In this document: piece after piece, positions 28,125-38,776 of the stretch
How positions within the stretch are numbered: position 1 is the stretch's first letter
Layout: each line of letters begins with the position of its first letter
The notes under the pieces: generated by a model
The model's database searches: none
Told to the model about the DNA's origin: nothing
The model's input: the letters and a program-made list of their open reading frames with translations, nothing else
Translations under genes and position numbers: made by a program
NCBI GenBank assembly: GCA_029259545.1
Contig: JAPHEE010000008.1
Coordinates: 1 to 57,558 of the forward strand
Direction of reading: 5' to 3'
Length of the DNA: 57,558 bases
Origin: Candidatus Alkanophaga volatiphilum
Lineage (GTDB): Archaea > Halobacteriota > Syntropharchaeia > Alkanophagales > B39-G2

Positions 28125-28320
28125 TCACTACTCCTTCGTGGCATTGGTTATTAATGTTTCAGCTTCGGAGCTAAAGCGTAGCGACGCAGCCGAGCCCTAC
28201 TTAATTCGCCTTTACAAAACGAAAGACTTTTTTACTTATGGGGGCAAAAGTGTTCAGGTGGCGGAGACGGGAGCGCACGTCTTCGAGGGGGGAGTACGGC
28301 ACACGTACTTGCTGGAACGG

Positions 28321-29376
28321 GTGCGGCACTGGCGATTTATACTCTTAGTGTTCTCGCTGGTGCTGTTTCTGAGCGTTTTTCTCGCAACCGCCGTCGGCTC
28401 CACTTATGTGGGTCCGTCGGCGATTCTCAACGCTTTCAGGCTCGGCATCTACGACCTTTTGAGCAAGTTGGGTGTGGAGCTGGGCGCGCATGCCGGCGAG
28501 ACGGCTGAGACGCAGAAGTTGATAATTTTGGACATTCGGTTGCCGAGAGTGATTCTTGGGGCGCTTGTGGGTGCGGCGCTTGCGGTTTCCGGCGCCGCCC
28601 TCCAAGGGCTGTTCAAAAACCCGATGGCGGACCCGTACGTCATCGGGATCTCGTCGGGCGCGCTCTTCGGCGTCACGCTCGCCCACTGCCTGCCGCTGCT
28701 CTCGCTGCTCGCAGCCGCCTGCGCAAAGCAGGTTTTCGCCTTCCTCGGCTCGCTCCTCGCCGTCTTCCTCGTGTATAACATCGCAAGAACCGGCAGTAGA
28801 ATCCCGGTGGACATGCTCCTGCTTGCGGGCATCGCCACTTCCTTCCTGTTCCACGCCGTCTCGTCGCTCATCCTCTACCTGACGCTCCAAGGGGACTGGC
28901 ACCAGATAATTTCGTGGGTGCTGGGCGGACTCTGGCTCGCAAGCTGGGGGCAGGTCGAAGCCGCCTTCCTCCCCGTCGTGATCTGTACAATTTCGCTCCT
29001 TTTCTTCGCACGTGACCTCAACGCCATGCTTCTCGGCGAAGAAAGCGCCCTACACGTCGGCATCGAGGTCGAAAAGGTAAAGAAGATTATATTGGTGCTT
29101 GCATCTGTGGCAGCGGCGTCGGCGGTAGCGGTCAGCGGGACCATAGGCTTCGTTGGACTCATGGTGCCGCATGCCGTCCGCCTCGTCGTCGGTCCCGACC
29201 ACCGCATACTGCTACCGGCGTCTGCGCTTGCCGGCGCGTCCTTCCTGATATGGGCTGACGCCCTTGCAAGAGTTTCCTCTTTGGAAATTCCTGTCGGGCT
29301 AATTACTGCGATTTCGGGTGTGCCTTTTTTCATATATTTGCTGCTGCGACGCAAGAGGGCGATTGCTTATGCTTAG
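28321..29376 (+). CDS. FecCD-family ABC permease (iron-chelate/cobalamin type); start could be 28258 or 28111
   Basis: LDIRLPRVILGALVGAALAVSGAALQGLFKNPMADPYVIGISSGA and C-terminal PVGLITAISGVPFFIYLLLR. Confidence 0.85.
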   Translation: MRHWRFILLVFSLVLFLSVFLATAVGSTYVGPSAILNAFRLGIYDLLSKLGVELGAHAGETAETQKLIILDIRLPRVILGALVGAALAVSGAALQGLFKNPMADPYVIGISSGALFGVTLAHCLPLLSLLAAACAKQVFAFLGSLLAVFLVYNIARTGSRIPVDMLLLAGIATSFLFHAVSSLILYLTLQGDWHQIISWVLGGLWLASWGQVEAAFLPVVICTISLLFFARDLNAMLLGEESALHVGIEVEKVKKIILVLASVAAASAVAVSGTIGFVGLMVPHAVRLVVGPDHRILLPASALAGASFLIWADALARVSSLEIPVGLITAISGVPFFIYLLLRRKRAIAYA

Positions 29377-30169
29377 GGTTGAAAAGGTGAGCTTTAGCTA
29401 CGGGGGGGCGAGGAAAATACTTGAAAGTGTGAGCTTGGAGGTGGACGGTGGGAAGCTCGTCGGCTTGCTCGGACCTAACGGCTCTGGAAAGACCACACTC
29501 CTCAGGATAATCAGCAAGGTGCTGCAGCCGAGCGGCGGCGTCGTCTTCCTTAACGGTAAGAAAGTCTCAGAGCTTTCTGTCAGGGAGCTCGCACGAGAGT
29601 TAGCAGTTGTGCCGCAGGAGACCGCTGCGAGCTTCGAGTTCACCGCCCTCGACGTCGTGCTGATGGGGCGGACCCCGCACCTGCGACGCTTCGAGCTTGA
29701 GAAGGAAGAGGATTTAAGGATAGCAGAGGAATGCATGCGGCTCACCGACTGCTGGCACCTCGCAGACCGCCCAATCACGACGCTCAGCGGCGGCGAGCGC
29801 CAAAGGGTATTCATCGCAAGAGCGCTGGCGCAGGAGCCGAAGTACCTGCTACTGGACGAGCCGACGGCGAACCTCGACCTGCGGTATCAGATTGAGATCA
29901 TGGAGATCATAAAGCGGCTCGCCGTGGAGAAAAAGCTTGTTGTGATAATGGCGTCGCACGAACTCAACCTCGTGGCGAGTTATTGCGACGAACTTGTCCT
30001 GCTGAACAACGGAAGGATAATCGCGGCGGGCGCTGTGAGAGAAGTCCTAACGAGAGAGAACATAAGAAGGGCGTTCGGCGTGGACGTGCTCGTGGAGACG
30101 CACCCCCTGACCGGCGCCGTCTATCTTCTCCCGGTGAACGGGCAGCAACATACAGCGTTGCACTCGTAG
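29369..30169 (+). CDS. ABC transporter ATPase (FepC/FhuC type)
   Basis: Walker A GPNGSGKTT, signature LSGGERQRV, Walker B LLLDEPT. The ATG overlaps the permease stop (ATGCTTAG). Confidence 0.9.
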   Translation: MLRVEKVSFSYGGARKILESVSLEVDGGKLVGLLGPNGSGKTTLLRIISKVLQPSGGVVFLNGKKVSELSVRELARELAVVPQETAASFEFTALDVVLMGRTPHLRRFELEKEEDLRIAEECMRLTDCWHLADRPITTLSGGERQRVFIARALAQEPKYLLLDEPTANLDLRYQIEIMEIIKRLAVEKKLVVIMASHELNLVASYCDELVLLNNGRIIAAGAVREVLTRENIRRAFGVDVLVETHPLTGAVYLLPVNGQQHTALHS

Positions 30170-31264
30170 CATTCAACACCTTTGTTGCGTTTGAGACCCC
30201 TTAGGGCTATTACATATGCCGATGCAGTATGAATATCCAAACCCAAGCCGCCGGCTATTATTTTTTCGCTCGTTGACGAATATGCCGGATTGACTTTTAT
30301 CAGCACCCCATCCACTTCGGGAACCAAAATCTCCGTCTGTTGGACAAACTGTCCCAGAGCCATTTTGGATATTTTTCTTTTTGAGCTTTTATCTCCTTTG
30401 GCTTTCGGCTTGGAAAGCTTCTCGACAACATAGTATTTTACAAAAAGTCGCTACGGAAGCTCCCACTTCAGTGGGGAGATGAAGTAGGGGAGGTGGGTGG
30501 AAGTTTTTATACTTTGAAAACCTGACTGGAGCGAGGCGGAGGCTATAAGCTCCGGTCAGGCTGCGGTGACCAGCCCGAACGTCGTGAAGTTCATCCTCTG
30601 GAGCGGGGCTATAAGGCGGAGCGGGAAGGCTTAAAGTGAAGCTCCCGCCTCCAGTCGGGAGAAGCTCACCATGCATACCCTATCCAGGTTGAAGTCGGAG
30701 CCAGCAAAATGACCAGCAGCCCCCAGACTTCGACTCTTTCCGCATATATTTCAGATAAAGTTCGAGCGGGACGTTAACATGAATCTCAAGCTCGTCGTCC
30801 TTCAAATAGATTCCCGCCCCGTAAGGGACGCCAGAGCTTATCAGCTCTCATGGGTATATGCTTCCTGCTGAACCGGGCTTTGGCAGTAATCCATCTGTGT
30901 CTGCCGCTGGCGGATGGAACTTTTATGCGAACGGTATCCGTCGCATCAAACTTGATGTTCCTGTTGCCATTTTCGTCCTCGCTCCCGACCGAGAAGAGCT
31001 GCGGCTTCTTCAACTTCAAGTACGGCTGATTCGAATACAACCGCGCCCTTCTCAGCGCCGACACGGAATACCACGTTATTAAGTATTCTCGAAGTGAGTA
31101 TTCACTATTTTGCTCTCCTCGATCCCCTTCCTCATTAACGAGTGGGCGTACTCGACAGCATCCTTGAAGTCTCTCATTGCGTAGAGCAGGAAGGCTTTAT
31201 CCTCCAAGGAGTCGAAGCGTAGTTTCCCCTTGACGGTGGCTCGCACCTCTTTCCTTTTCCCCAT
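30170..31264 (-). pseudogene. Decayed zinc-finger-less TnpB-like gene (frameshifts, internal loss, MITE inside)
   Basis: Fragments in several frames: MGKRKEVRATVKGKLRFDSLEDK..; RRARLYSNQPYLKLKK..; AGSDFNLDRV (RuvC-I-like); YYVVEKLSKPKAKGDKSSKRKISK (RuvC-II-like with Glu); VNPAYSSTSEKIIAGGLGLDIHTASAYVIALRGL. Confidence 0.6.
30449..30672 (+). mobile_element. Gene-less IS200/IS605-derived miniature element (MITE/PATE-like), copy 1
   Basis: Shares gtcgct.., the ctccc-acttcagt-gggga hairpin and the exact block aggggaggtggg with the tnpB left end at 10501..10559. Ends in the hairpin gaagctcccg-cctccagt-cgggagaagctcacc, like the tnpB right end. Confidence 0.6.
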
Positions 31265-31369
31265 TTCTCCACCACCAGCCTGTCGTTTTCAGGGTCGTAG
31301 TAGACAACCAGCTTGTCTCCCTCCTTCAATCCCTTCTCTCCGAACCTCCTTCGGCACCGTCATCCTCAT
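31262..31369 (-). pseudogene. Frameshifted AbrB/SpoVT-type (antitoxin-like) mini-ORF
   Basis: The minus strand reads MRMTVPKEVR, and after a 1-nt frame change FGEKGLKEGDKLVVYYDPENDRLVVEKW. Confidence 0.35.
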
Positions 31370-31595
31370 CTTCGGCAGCACCCTATGCACACCCTACCAC
31401 CCTGAATGAATCCGGGTTCGGTGAGGGGAGTGCCCTCAGTGACGAAAAGCGGATCGGCGACAAGGTGCTCCCGCAGTCGGGCTCGGAGGATGACACCCGT
31501 GATGAAGGTCTCCGCTAGCATCAAAAAAGCTACGAAGTAGCGGAGAATCAGAACGGCATCAGGTATAAATATTCTCTCGGCAAAAGGGAGAGCCG

Positions 31596-32597
31596 ATGAT
31601 GAAGAGAGTGGTCATTTTCTGCCTGCTATTGGCTGCAGTCACGCCGTTCCTCCTCGGCTGCATCGCTCCGCCGCCGGAAAAGGGAATGGTAATACGTTTC
31701 GGTTACCAGCCGAGCACGCACCAAGTTGCCTTCATGCTTGCGATGGAGAAGGGCTGGTGGCAGAGCGACCTTGCGAGGTTGGGGGTGGTCTGTGTCACTG
31801 AGGCGGAATTCCCGTCAGGGCCGCCGGAGATGCAGGCGATGCTCGCCGGGGATATAGATGTTGCTTACGTTGGTGCGACGCCGCCCATCACAGCCATCGA
31901 TAAGGGGCTTAAGGCGAAGATCGTCGCCGGCGTCCAGATAAACGGGTCGCATCTCGTCGTGAAGCCAGAGCTTGCTGAGAGCTTCACCGCCGAAAAGCTT
32001 CGGGGCGCGAAAATAGCAACGTTCCCGCCTGGCTCCATCCAAAACACCATCTTGAGAAAATGGCTTCTGGAGAACGGATTAGATCCTGAAAAGGACGTTG
32101 ACATCGTAGCTATGGGTCCCGGCGATGCCGTCACCGCGATGGGTGCCGGCGCCGTAGATGCGGCGTTCCTGCCGCACCCGTATCCGGCGATCATCGAGCT
32201 TGAGGGCAGCGGCGTGATGGTCGTGCCTTCTGGTAACATGTGGCCGAACCATGCCTGCTGTTGCCTCCTCGTCAGCGAGAAGTTGCTGGAAGAGCATCCC
32301 GAAATTGTGAAACAGATCATAAAGACGCACATAAACGCGACGTTATATTGCAGGGAGCATCCCGACGAAGCCGCTGAAGTCTATGCGAGAAAGTGCGGTT
32401 GGGACGTTTCCCAGGTCAAATATTCGTTAGATAGGTGGGACGGGATGTGGGTCTATAACCCATATATAGGGCTCAACTGCACCCTCGAATACGCAAGGGT
32501 TCTCTACGAGCTCGGCTATACGGAAAAACTCCTTACGAGGGAAGACTTGTTTAACACAACGCTGTACGACGAAGCGGTAGCAGAACTGGGCCTCTGA
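31596..32597 (+). CDS. ABC substrate-binding lipoprotein, NMT1/NitT/TauT (sulfonate/nitrate/HMP) type
   Basis: Signal plus lipobox-like LLGCIAPP, FGYQPSTHQ, DVAYVGATPPITA. Confidence 0.7.
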   Translation: MMKRVVIFCLLLAAVTPFLLGCIAPPPEKGMVIRFGYQPSTHQVAFMLAMEKGWWQSDLARLGVVCVTEAEFPSGPPEMQAMLAGDIDVAYVGATPPITAIDKGLKAKIVAGVQINGSHLVVKPELAESFTAEKLRGAKIATFPPGSIQNTILRKWLLENGLDPEKDVDIVAMGPGDAVTAMGAGAVDAAFLPHPYPAIIELEGSGVMVVPSGNMWPNHACCCLLVSEKLLEEHPEIVKQIIKTHINATLYCREHPDEAAEVYARKCGWDVSQVKYSLDRWDGMWVYNPYIGLNCTLEYARVLYELGYTEKLLTREDLFNTTLYDEAVAELGL

Positions 32598-32639
32598 TAC
32601 AGATATCGATAAATTTTCCTCTTTTTTCTAAATCCTTAG

Positions 32640-33419
32640 ATGAACCTCACAGCGCTCAAAGGTAGAATCTTAGAAGTAATATCGCTGTGCGTTGCGGTAT
32701 TTCTTTGGCAGATGGTGTCAGACTACGTCGTGCGCAATTATTTCATCCTGCCAAGTCCTTATCTCGTGGCGCGCTCGCTGCTCGAGCTCTGGACGACGCT
32801 CCCCGTGGACATTGCGATCAGCATGTTGCACTTCGGCATCGGACTTTCATTAGGAACGGTTGTTGGTGTTTCGGTCGGCGCCGTCACAGGCTGGTTCCGT
32901 GTTGCGGACAGGATAGCCGATCCCATAATTGAGATCATAAGACCCATACCCCCGCTCGCATGGGTGCCATTTGCCATCGTCTGGTTCCACCTGACGCATC
33001 GAGCAGCGGGCTTCATTGTTTTCATAGGGGCAGTTTTCCCAATATTGATAAACACGTATGCGGGCTTCAGAGGCGTTCCTAGGGACCTCGTGGACGCCGC
33101 TCTCGTCTTAGGGTGCAAGAAGGAAAAGCTGATGCTCAGGGTAGCGTTCCCATACGCACTACCGTCCATCGCCACCGGCGTCCGTATAGGCATGGGCGTG
33201 GGTTGGATGTGCGTAGTCGCCGCCGAGATGTTCGGCGTGAGCCGCAGCGGACTCGGCTATCGGCTCTTCCAGATTTTCTACCCCCACCACAAAATGGCTG
33301 AGCTTATGCTTTACATGCTAATCCTTGGTCTCATATCGTTGCTTCTCGACCGCGTTTTCAGACATTTCGTGGAAGAAAGGTTGTTAGCGTGGAAAAAGGA
33401 GCTGGTGGCAGAGGCTTGA
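32640..33419 (+). CDS. ABC permease, NitT/TauT (TauC/SsuC-like) family
   Basis: About six TM segments with an EAA-loop-like DAALVLGCKKEKLMLRVAFPYALPSI. Confidence 0.75.
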   Translation: MNLTALKGRILEVISLCVAVFLWQMVSDYVVRNYFILPSPYLVARSLLELWTTLPVDIAISMLHFGIGLSLGTVVGVSVGAVTGWFRVADRIADPIIEIIRPIPPLAWVPFAIVWFHLTHRAAGFIVFIGAVFPILINTYAGFRGVPRDLVDAALVLGCKKEKLMLRVAFPYALPSIATGVRIGMGVGWMCVVAAEMFGVSRSGLGYRLFQIFYPHHKMAELMLYMLILGLISLLLDRVFRHFVEERLLAWKKELVAEA

Positions 33420-33596
33420 CGCGTGCGGATGAGATGCAATAGGGCATACGCTTCACGCTGTTATGTACTCGTCGACTGTGAGTTGCTCGTCTTTCCGTCA
33501 CCCGCCCGTGCGACCGAAATCAGCACCGAATCTCAGCGGCGAGAAATGAAAATAAAAGGAAAAGAATATAATGAACATCCCCAAAGGAGAGGAATA

Positions 33597-33914
33597 ATGG
33601 CGGTGGAAGCGCTTAGAGAGATAAGAGCGGCGGAGGAAGAGATTAGGAAGAAGATAGAAGCTGCGAGGGAAGAGGCGGAGCGTATCATAAAAGAGGCTGA
33701 GCAGGAAGCCGCGAGAATCATGGAAGCTGCAAAAGAAGAGGAAAAGAGGGTGATGCAAGAAATAATGGAGCAGAAGCTGAAAGAGGGCAGGGAAGAGGAG
33801 GAGAGCATTCTAAAGGGGGCTGAGGAGGAGGTAAAAAGGCTGAAGGAGGAGGCTTCTTCCAAGATGGCGACCGCCGTGGATGTCGCATTAAAAATGCTTT
33901 TGGGCATTTCTTAG
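33597..33914 (+). CDS. atpH: A-type ATP synthase subunit H
   Basis: 106-aa E/K/A-rich coiled coil starting MAVEALREIRAAEEEIRKKIEAAREEAERI. aggagagg RBS. First gene of the ATPase string. Confidence 0.7.
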   Translation: MAVEALREIRAAEEEIRKKIEAAREEAERIIKEAEQEAARIMEAAKEEEKRVMQEIMEQKLKEGREEEESILKGAEEEVKRLKEEASSKMATAVDVALKMLLGIS

Positions 33915-33930
33915 CTCCGAGGCGAGGCGT

Positions 33931-34551
33931 ATGGGCGCTGCCGAGATAGTAAACAGGATAAGAGAGGAGGGGGAGAAAGAGCGAGAGCGAATCCTGAATG
34001 AAGCGAAAGAGAGGGCAAAAAAGATAATAGAAGACGCGAAAGCAGAGGCTGAGAGGAGTAAGAAGAGAGCTATGGAGGAGGAAGAGAGGCGGGCGGAGAC
34101 CGAAAAGCGGCGAATCATACAGACAGCGAGGCTCGAAGCTCGCAGGAAAAAATGGATGGCGCAGGAGGAAATGATAAAAGAGGTGATGAATAAGGCGGTC
34201 GAGAAGATAAAAGAGGTAAAGGAGAAAGGTTTTGGCGAGTATAAATACGATGAAATCCTGAGAAACTTGATAAAAGTGTCTGCGATGAGCGCAGGCGGCG
34301 GAGATCTTGAGGTCATACTCAGTGAGGAAGACGCCCGTTTCATCAGCAAGAAGGACTTAGACGAGATTTCTAAGGACCTCGGCGCTAGTCTAACGCTTTC
34401 TGAGGAAAGGGTGAAAAGCATAGGTGGTGTCATCGTCAGGACGAAGGATGGTCGAATAGCTGTGAATAATACCTTTGAAAAGAGGCTAGAGAGACTTTCC
34501 GACGCCATAAGGGACAAGGTTGCCGCAATAATGTTCAAGGGGGGTGCTTGA
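33931..34551 (+). CDS. atpE: A-type ATP synthase subunit E
   Basis: N-terminal coiled coil plus a C-terminal globular domain (GGVIVRTKDGRIAVNNTFEKRLE). Confidence 0.8.
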   Translation: MGAAEIVNRIREEGEKERERILNEAKERAKKIIEDAKAEAERSKKRAMEEEERRAETEKRRIIQTARLEARRKKWMAQEEMIKEVMNKAVEKIKEVKEKGFGEYKYDEILRNLIKVSAMSAGGGDLEVILSEEDARFISKKDLDEISKDLGASLTLSEERVKSIGGVIVRTKDGRIAVNNTFEKRLERLSDAIRDKVAAIMFKGGA

Positions 34552-34864
34552 GACGATAGCAGTTATAGGCGACCCGGACACCGCAACTGGCTTCAGGCTT
34601 GCAGGTATCGAGCGTGTGTACGAGGTTTCAGAGGAGGAAGATGTTTCCGAGATATTCAGTGAGCTGGAAAAGGAGGGAGTGTCCATTATAATAGTGACGG
34701 AAAGAATTGCGGAAAAGAACAGAGAGAAGATTAAGGAGATAAACGTAAGGAAGAAGGGTGTGGCGCCGATAATTGTGGAAATTCCAGACAAGAGGGGACC
34801 AATAGAGAGGGTGGATATGATAAGTGAGCTTACGAAGCGGGCTGTTGGCATTGTAATAAAATAG
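34544..34864 (+). CDS. atpF: A-type ATP synthase subunit F
   Basis: [29 protein letters not shown] pattern, 106 aa, overlaps atpE by 8 nt. Confidence 0.8.
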   Translation: MLETIAVIGDPDTATGFRLAGIERVYEVSEEEDVSEIFSELEKEGVSIIIVTERIAEKNREKIKEINVRKKGVAPIIVEIPDKRGPIERVDMISELTKRAVGIVIK

Positions 34865-34875
34865 GAGGTGTTGTT

Positions 34876-36648
34876 GTGGTTAGCGAGATTGGTGAGAAGG
34901 GTGTGATAATAAGGATTGCGGGTCCGCTCGTCGTGGCGGAGCGGATGAAAGGTTGTAAGATGTATGAAGTTATAAGGGTCGGGGAGGAGCGACTACTCGG
35001 TGAGGTCATCCGACTGGAAGGCGATAAGGCTTATATACAGGTATATGAGGACACTACGGGTCTCAAGCCCGGCGAGCCTGTCTTCAGGACTGGCGCACCG
35101 CTCTCCGTGGAGCTTGGCCCTGGGATTTTGAAGAACTTTTACGACGGCGTGCAGCGACCGCTCGAAGTGATAAAGAGCATGGCTGGCGATTACATCACAC
35201 GGGGTATCGAGGCGCCGGCGCTCGACCCCGACGTGAAATGGGACTTCAAGCCCGTCGCCGAGGAAGGCAAAAACGTCACAGGCGGTGACATTCTCGGCGA
35301 GGTTCCTGAGACGAAGGTCATCGTTCATAAGGTTTTGGTGCCACCCGGGGTTAGCGGAAAGCTTGTGGAAATAAAAGAGGGCAAGTTCACAGTGAACGAC
35401 GTCATTGCCGTTGTGGAGACCGATGGAGAAGAAAAGGAGCTGACGATGAAGCAGCGGTGGCCGGTGCGGCGAGGTCGTCCTTACAAGGAGAAGCTGGACC
35501 CGACGGAGCCCTTACTGACCGGACAGCGGATCTTCGACACGTTCTTCCCGGTGGCGAAGGGCGGCACCGCTGCCATTCCCGGCGGTTTCGGCACCGGAAA
35601 GACGGTCATGCAGCACCAGCTTGCAAGATGGGCGAACTCGCAGATCATCGTCTATATCGGTTGCGGTGAGCGTGGCAATGAGATGACGGAGGTTCTTGAG
35701 GACTTCCCAGAACTTATCGACCCCTACACTGGCGAGCCACTTATGGAGCGTTCAACACTTATCGCAAACACTTCGAACATGCCGGTCGCAGCTAGAGAAG
35801 CGTCGGTTTACACGGGAATCACACTTGCCGAGTACTACAGGGACATGGGCTACGATGTCGCCATCCAAGCAGACTCGACGTCGAGGTGGGCTGAGGCGAT
35901 GCGGGAAATTTCAGGACGTCTCGAGGAGATGCCGGGCGAGGAGGGGTTCCCTGCTTATCTCGCAGCCCGTCTTTCGGAGTTTTATGAGCGTGCCGGAAGG
36001 GTCAAGGTTTTGGGCTCTGATGAGCGTATTGGATCCGTCACCGTCGTTGGCGCGGTCTCACCTCCTGGCGGCGACTTCTCAGAGCCGGTGACGCAGAACA
36101 CGCTGCGTGTCGTAAGCGTTTTCTGGGCGCTTGATTCGTCGCTTGCGGACCGCCGCCACTTCCCGGCAATAAACTGGCTCCGCAGCTACTCGCTCTACGT
36201 TGACGACCTGCGGGAGTGGTACACGAGGAACGTCGCCGAAGACTTCATGCAGCAGCGGGACGAGATGATGGCGATCCTGCAGAGGGAAGCCGAGCTCCAG
36301 GAGATCGTGCAGCTCGTCGGCGCTGATGCGCTGCCGGAGCGCGAGCGGGAGCTTTTGGAGGTTGCAAGAATGATTAGGGAGGACTTCCTTGCACAGAACG
36401 CTTACCACGAAGTTGACACTTATTGCTCGCTTGAGAAGATGTATTTGATGGCTAAGGTCATTTTAGAGTTCCATAAGGAGGCGCAAAAGGCTATAGACGC
36501 GGGTGTGCGGATAGAGAAGATACAGGAGATGAGTATAAAAGACGAGATAGCCAGGATGAAGTATGTGAAGAACGAAGAGTTCAAGCAGAAGTTCGAGGAG
36601 CTAATGAGGGCTTTGCGTGACGAGTTCAAAAGGTTAAGGGAGGAGTGA
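34876..36648 (+). CDS. atpA: A-type ATP synthase catalytic subunit A
   Basis: Walker [37 protein letters not shown], 590 aa. Confidence 0.95.
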   Translation: MVSEIGEKGVIIRIAGPLVVAERMKGCKMYEVIRVGEERLLGEVIRLEGDKAYIQVYEDTTGLKPGEPVFRTGAPLSVELGPGILKNFYDGVQRPLEVIKSMAGDYITRGIEAPALDPDVKWDFKPVAEEGKNVTGGDILGEVPETKVIVHKVLVPPGVSGKLVEIKEGKFTVNDVIAVVETDGEEKELTMKQRWPVRRGRPYKEKLDPTEPLLTGQRIFDTFFPVAKGGTAAIPGGFGTGKTVMQHQLARWANSQIIVYIGCGERGNEMTEVLEDFPELIDPYTGEPLMERSTLIANTSNMPVAAREASVYTGITLAEYYRDMGYDVAIQADSTSRWAEAMREISGRLEEMPGEEGFPAYLAARLSEFYERAGRVKVLGSDERIGSVTVVGAVSPPGGDFSEPVTQNTLRVVSVFWALDSSLADRRHFPAINWLRSYSLYVDDLREWYTRNVAEDFMQQRDEMMAILQREAELQEIVQLVGADALPERERELLEVARMIREDFLAQNAYHEVDTYCSLEKMYLMAKVILEFHKEAQKAIDAGVRIEKIQEMSIKDEIARMKYVKNEEFKQKFEELMRALRDEFKRLREE

Positions 36649-36657
36649 GGTGAGAAA

Positions 36658-38067
36658 ATGAGTGTAGACGTTTCCGCTCGTGAGTACACCACGATATCTG
36701 AGGTTTCAGGGCCATTAATTGTGGTGGAGGGCGTGGAGGGAGCTTCTTACGGTGAGGTTGTCAAAATTTTCACGCCTGACGGCGAGGAGAAGACCGGTCA
36801 AGTGCTTGAGACGAGAAGAGGTCTTGCGATCGTTCAGGTTTTCGAAGGCACTTCTGGAATCGACACTTCAAGCACTAGGGTACGCTTCACCGGCGACATT
36901 ATGAGGGTTCCAGTGTCGCAGGACATGCTTGGTCGCATCTTCGACGGACTTGGGCGCCCGATCGACGGCGGCCCCGAGATAATCCCGGAGGACCGCCTCC
37001 CGATCACGGGGGCGGCGATAAACCCGACAGCCCGCGCTTATCCGAGGGAGTTCATACAGACGGGCATCTCCACGATAGACGGCATGAACACGCTCGTACG
37101 GGGTCAGAAGCTGCCGATATTTTCCGGCGCCGGAATGCCGCACAACGACCTTGCGGCGCAAATCGCAAGGCAGGCGAAAGTCCTCGGCACGGAGGAGCCG
37201 TTCTCCGTCGTATTTGCTGCGATGGGGATAACCTACGAGGAAGCCTCCTTCTTCATGCGGGACTTCGAACGCACCGGCGCCATCGAGAGGATCGTGGCGT
37301 TCATAAACCTCGCCGACGACCCTGCGATCGAGAGGATCATCACGCCGAGGATGGCGTTGACGACCGCCGAGTTTCTGGCTTTCGAATACGACATGCACGT
37401 CCTCGTCATCCTCACGGACATGACGAACTACTGCGAGGCGCTCCGTGAAATTTCGGCAGCCCGCGAAGAAGTTCCGGGGCGGCGGGGCTACCCAGGTTAC
37501 ATGTACACCGACTTGGCAACGAACTACGAGCGTGCTGGCAGAATTCGTGGTAAAAAAGGCTCGATCACACAGATCCCGATACTCTCGATGCCCGACGACG
37601 ACATCACGCACCCCATCCCGGACCTGACGGGCTATATCACAGAGGGACAATTCGTGCTTTCAAGAGATCTACACCGCCGTGGCATTTATCCACCGGTGGA
37701 CGTGCTGCCGTCGCTGTCGAGGCTGATGAAGGAGGGCATAGGACCTGGGCGGACGAGAGAGGACCATGCGGACGTTTCGAACCAGCTGTATGCGGCATAT
37801 GCTGAAGGTCGTGACATGCGGGAGCTTGTTGCGGTCGTTGGTGAAGAGGCGTTAACGCCGAGAGATCGGAAATATTTGGAGTTTGCAGACGAGTTCGAGC
37901 GCCGTTTCGTGACACAGGGACGTTATGAGGAGCGGACGATCGATGAGACGCTCGACCTCGGCTGGGAGCTGCTGACGATGTTCCCAGAGGGTGAGCTGAA
38001 GCGCATAGATCCGAAAATCCTTAAGAAATACCATCCAAAATACCGAGGTTCAAAACCTGCCGCATAA
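36658..38067 (+). CDS. atpB: A-type ATP synthase subunit B
   Basis: [40 protein letters not shown], 469 aa. Confidence 0.95.
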   Translation: MSVDVSAREYTTISEVSGPLIVVEGVEGASYGEVVKIFTPDGEEKTGQVLETRRGLAIVQVFEGTSGIDTSSTRVRFTGDIMRVPVSQDMLGRIFDGLGRPIDGGPEIIPEDRLPITGAAINPTARAYPREFIQTGISTIDGMNTLVRGQKLPIFSGAGMPHNDLAAQIARQAKVLGTEEPFSVVFAAMGITYEEASFFMRDFERTGAIERIVAFINLADDPAIERIITPRMALTTAEFLAFEYDMHVLVILTDMTNYCEALREISAAREEVPGRRGYPGYMYTDLATNYERAGRIRGKKGSITQIPILSMPDDDITHPIPDLTGYITEGQFVLSRDLHRRGIYPPVDVLPSLSRLMKEGIGPGRTREDHADVSNQLYAAYAEGRDMRELVAVVGEEALTPRDRKYLEFADEFERRFVTQGRYEERTIDETLDLGWELLTMFPEGELKRIDPKILKKYHPKYRGSKPAA

Positions 38068-38165
38068 TTTATCCTTTTTAACACACCCGTTCGAGTTGGC
38101 AGCAGAGCAGGTCTTGAGGATCCGTTTTCAGTTGTTAGGACGTAAGCAGTGGTTCATTTAGTAAG

Positions 38166-38735
38166 CTAAATGAGATCGAGCCGCCGCAACTCGTTTACCA
38201 AGATTTCAACAGCCTTTTCGCAGTCCTCTTTTGTCTTTCCACCAGTAATTACAAGCTTTCCGGAGCTGAATATCAATATTGCAACCTTTGGCTTTTCTAT
38301 TCTGTAGACGAGTCCTGGGAAGACCTCAGGCTCGTATTCCATGCCCTCAAGCCCGAGCCCGGTGACGATCGCGCTGAGATTGAGCTCGGTGCCGAGGTCG
38401 GTCGAAGCGACGATGTTCTGGACGTTAAACTTCGGATGCTCCTCGACCTTGATTCCAATGCGACGTAGGTCTTGAGCTATTTTATCTATGACCTTACGGA
38501 CGTCTTCAACGCTCTTAGAGCCGGTGCATACGACCTTTCCAGAGCGGAAGATCAGGAATGCAGCTCTCGGCTCCTTGACTCTGTAAACGAGCCCGGGGAA
38601 CTTTTTCTTCGTGAACTTCGCGCCTTCAAGTTTCGACTCTATGTACTTCAAGTCGAACTCGTCGGCGAGTTTTGCATTTGCCACGACGTTTTCTATCTTT
38701 ATGGGGGGTATCTTGCTCTTGCTTTCAGTGCTCAT
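38166..38735 (-). CDS. tbp: TATA-box binding protein
   Basis: Two TBP repeats: [37 protein letters not shown] and [37 protein letters not shown]. Confidence 0.95.
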   Translation of the reverse strand: MSTESKSKIPPIKIENVVANAKLADEFDLKYIESKLEGAKFTKKKFPGLVYRVKEPRAAFLIFRSGKVVCTGSKSVEDVRKVIDKIAQDLRRIGIKVEEHPKFNVQNIVASTDLGTELNLSAIVTGLGLEGMEYEPEVFPGLVYRIEKPKVAILIFSSGKLVITGGKTKEDCEKAVEILVNELRRLDLI

Positions 38736-38776
38736 ATTAATGCTTTTAAGGGGGGAAGATATATAAAACAAGGCGG

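Noticed and set aside
31381-31595. Possible riboswitch (TPP-like) upstream of the NMT1/ThiY-type binding protein
   Set aside because: I compared it by eye with the TPP consensus elements (CUGAGA and the ACCC..UGAUCUGGAUAAUGCCAGCG core). Only loose resemblance was found (ggggagtgccctcagtga, acacccgtgatgaagg), which is insufficient without a covariance-model scan.
33600-34200. Apparent gag/gaa/aag-rich tandem repetition
   Set aside because: It is explained by the E/K/R-rich coiled-coil coding sequence of atpH and atpE, not by a DNA-level repeat element.
36868-37650. 260-aa minus-strand ORF
   Set aside because: It is antisense to atpB.
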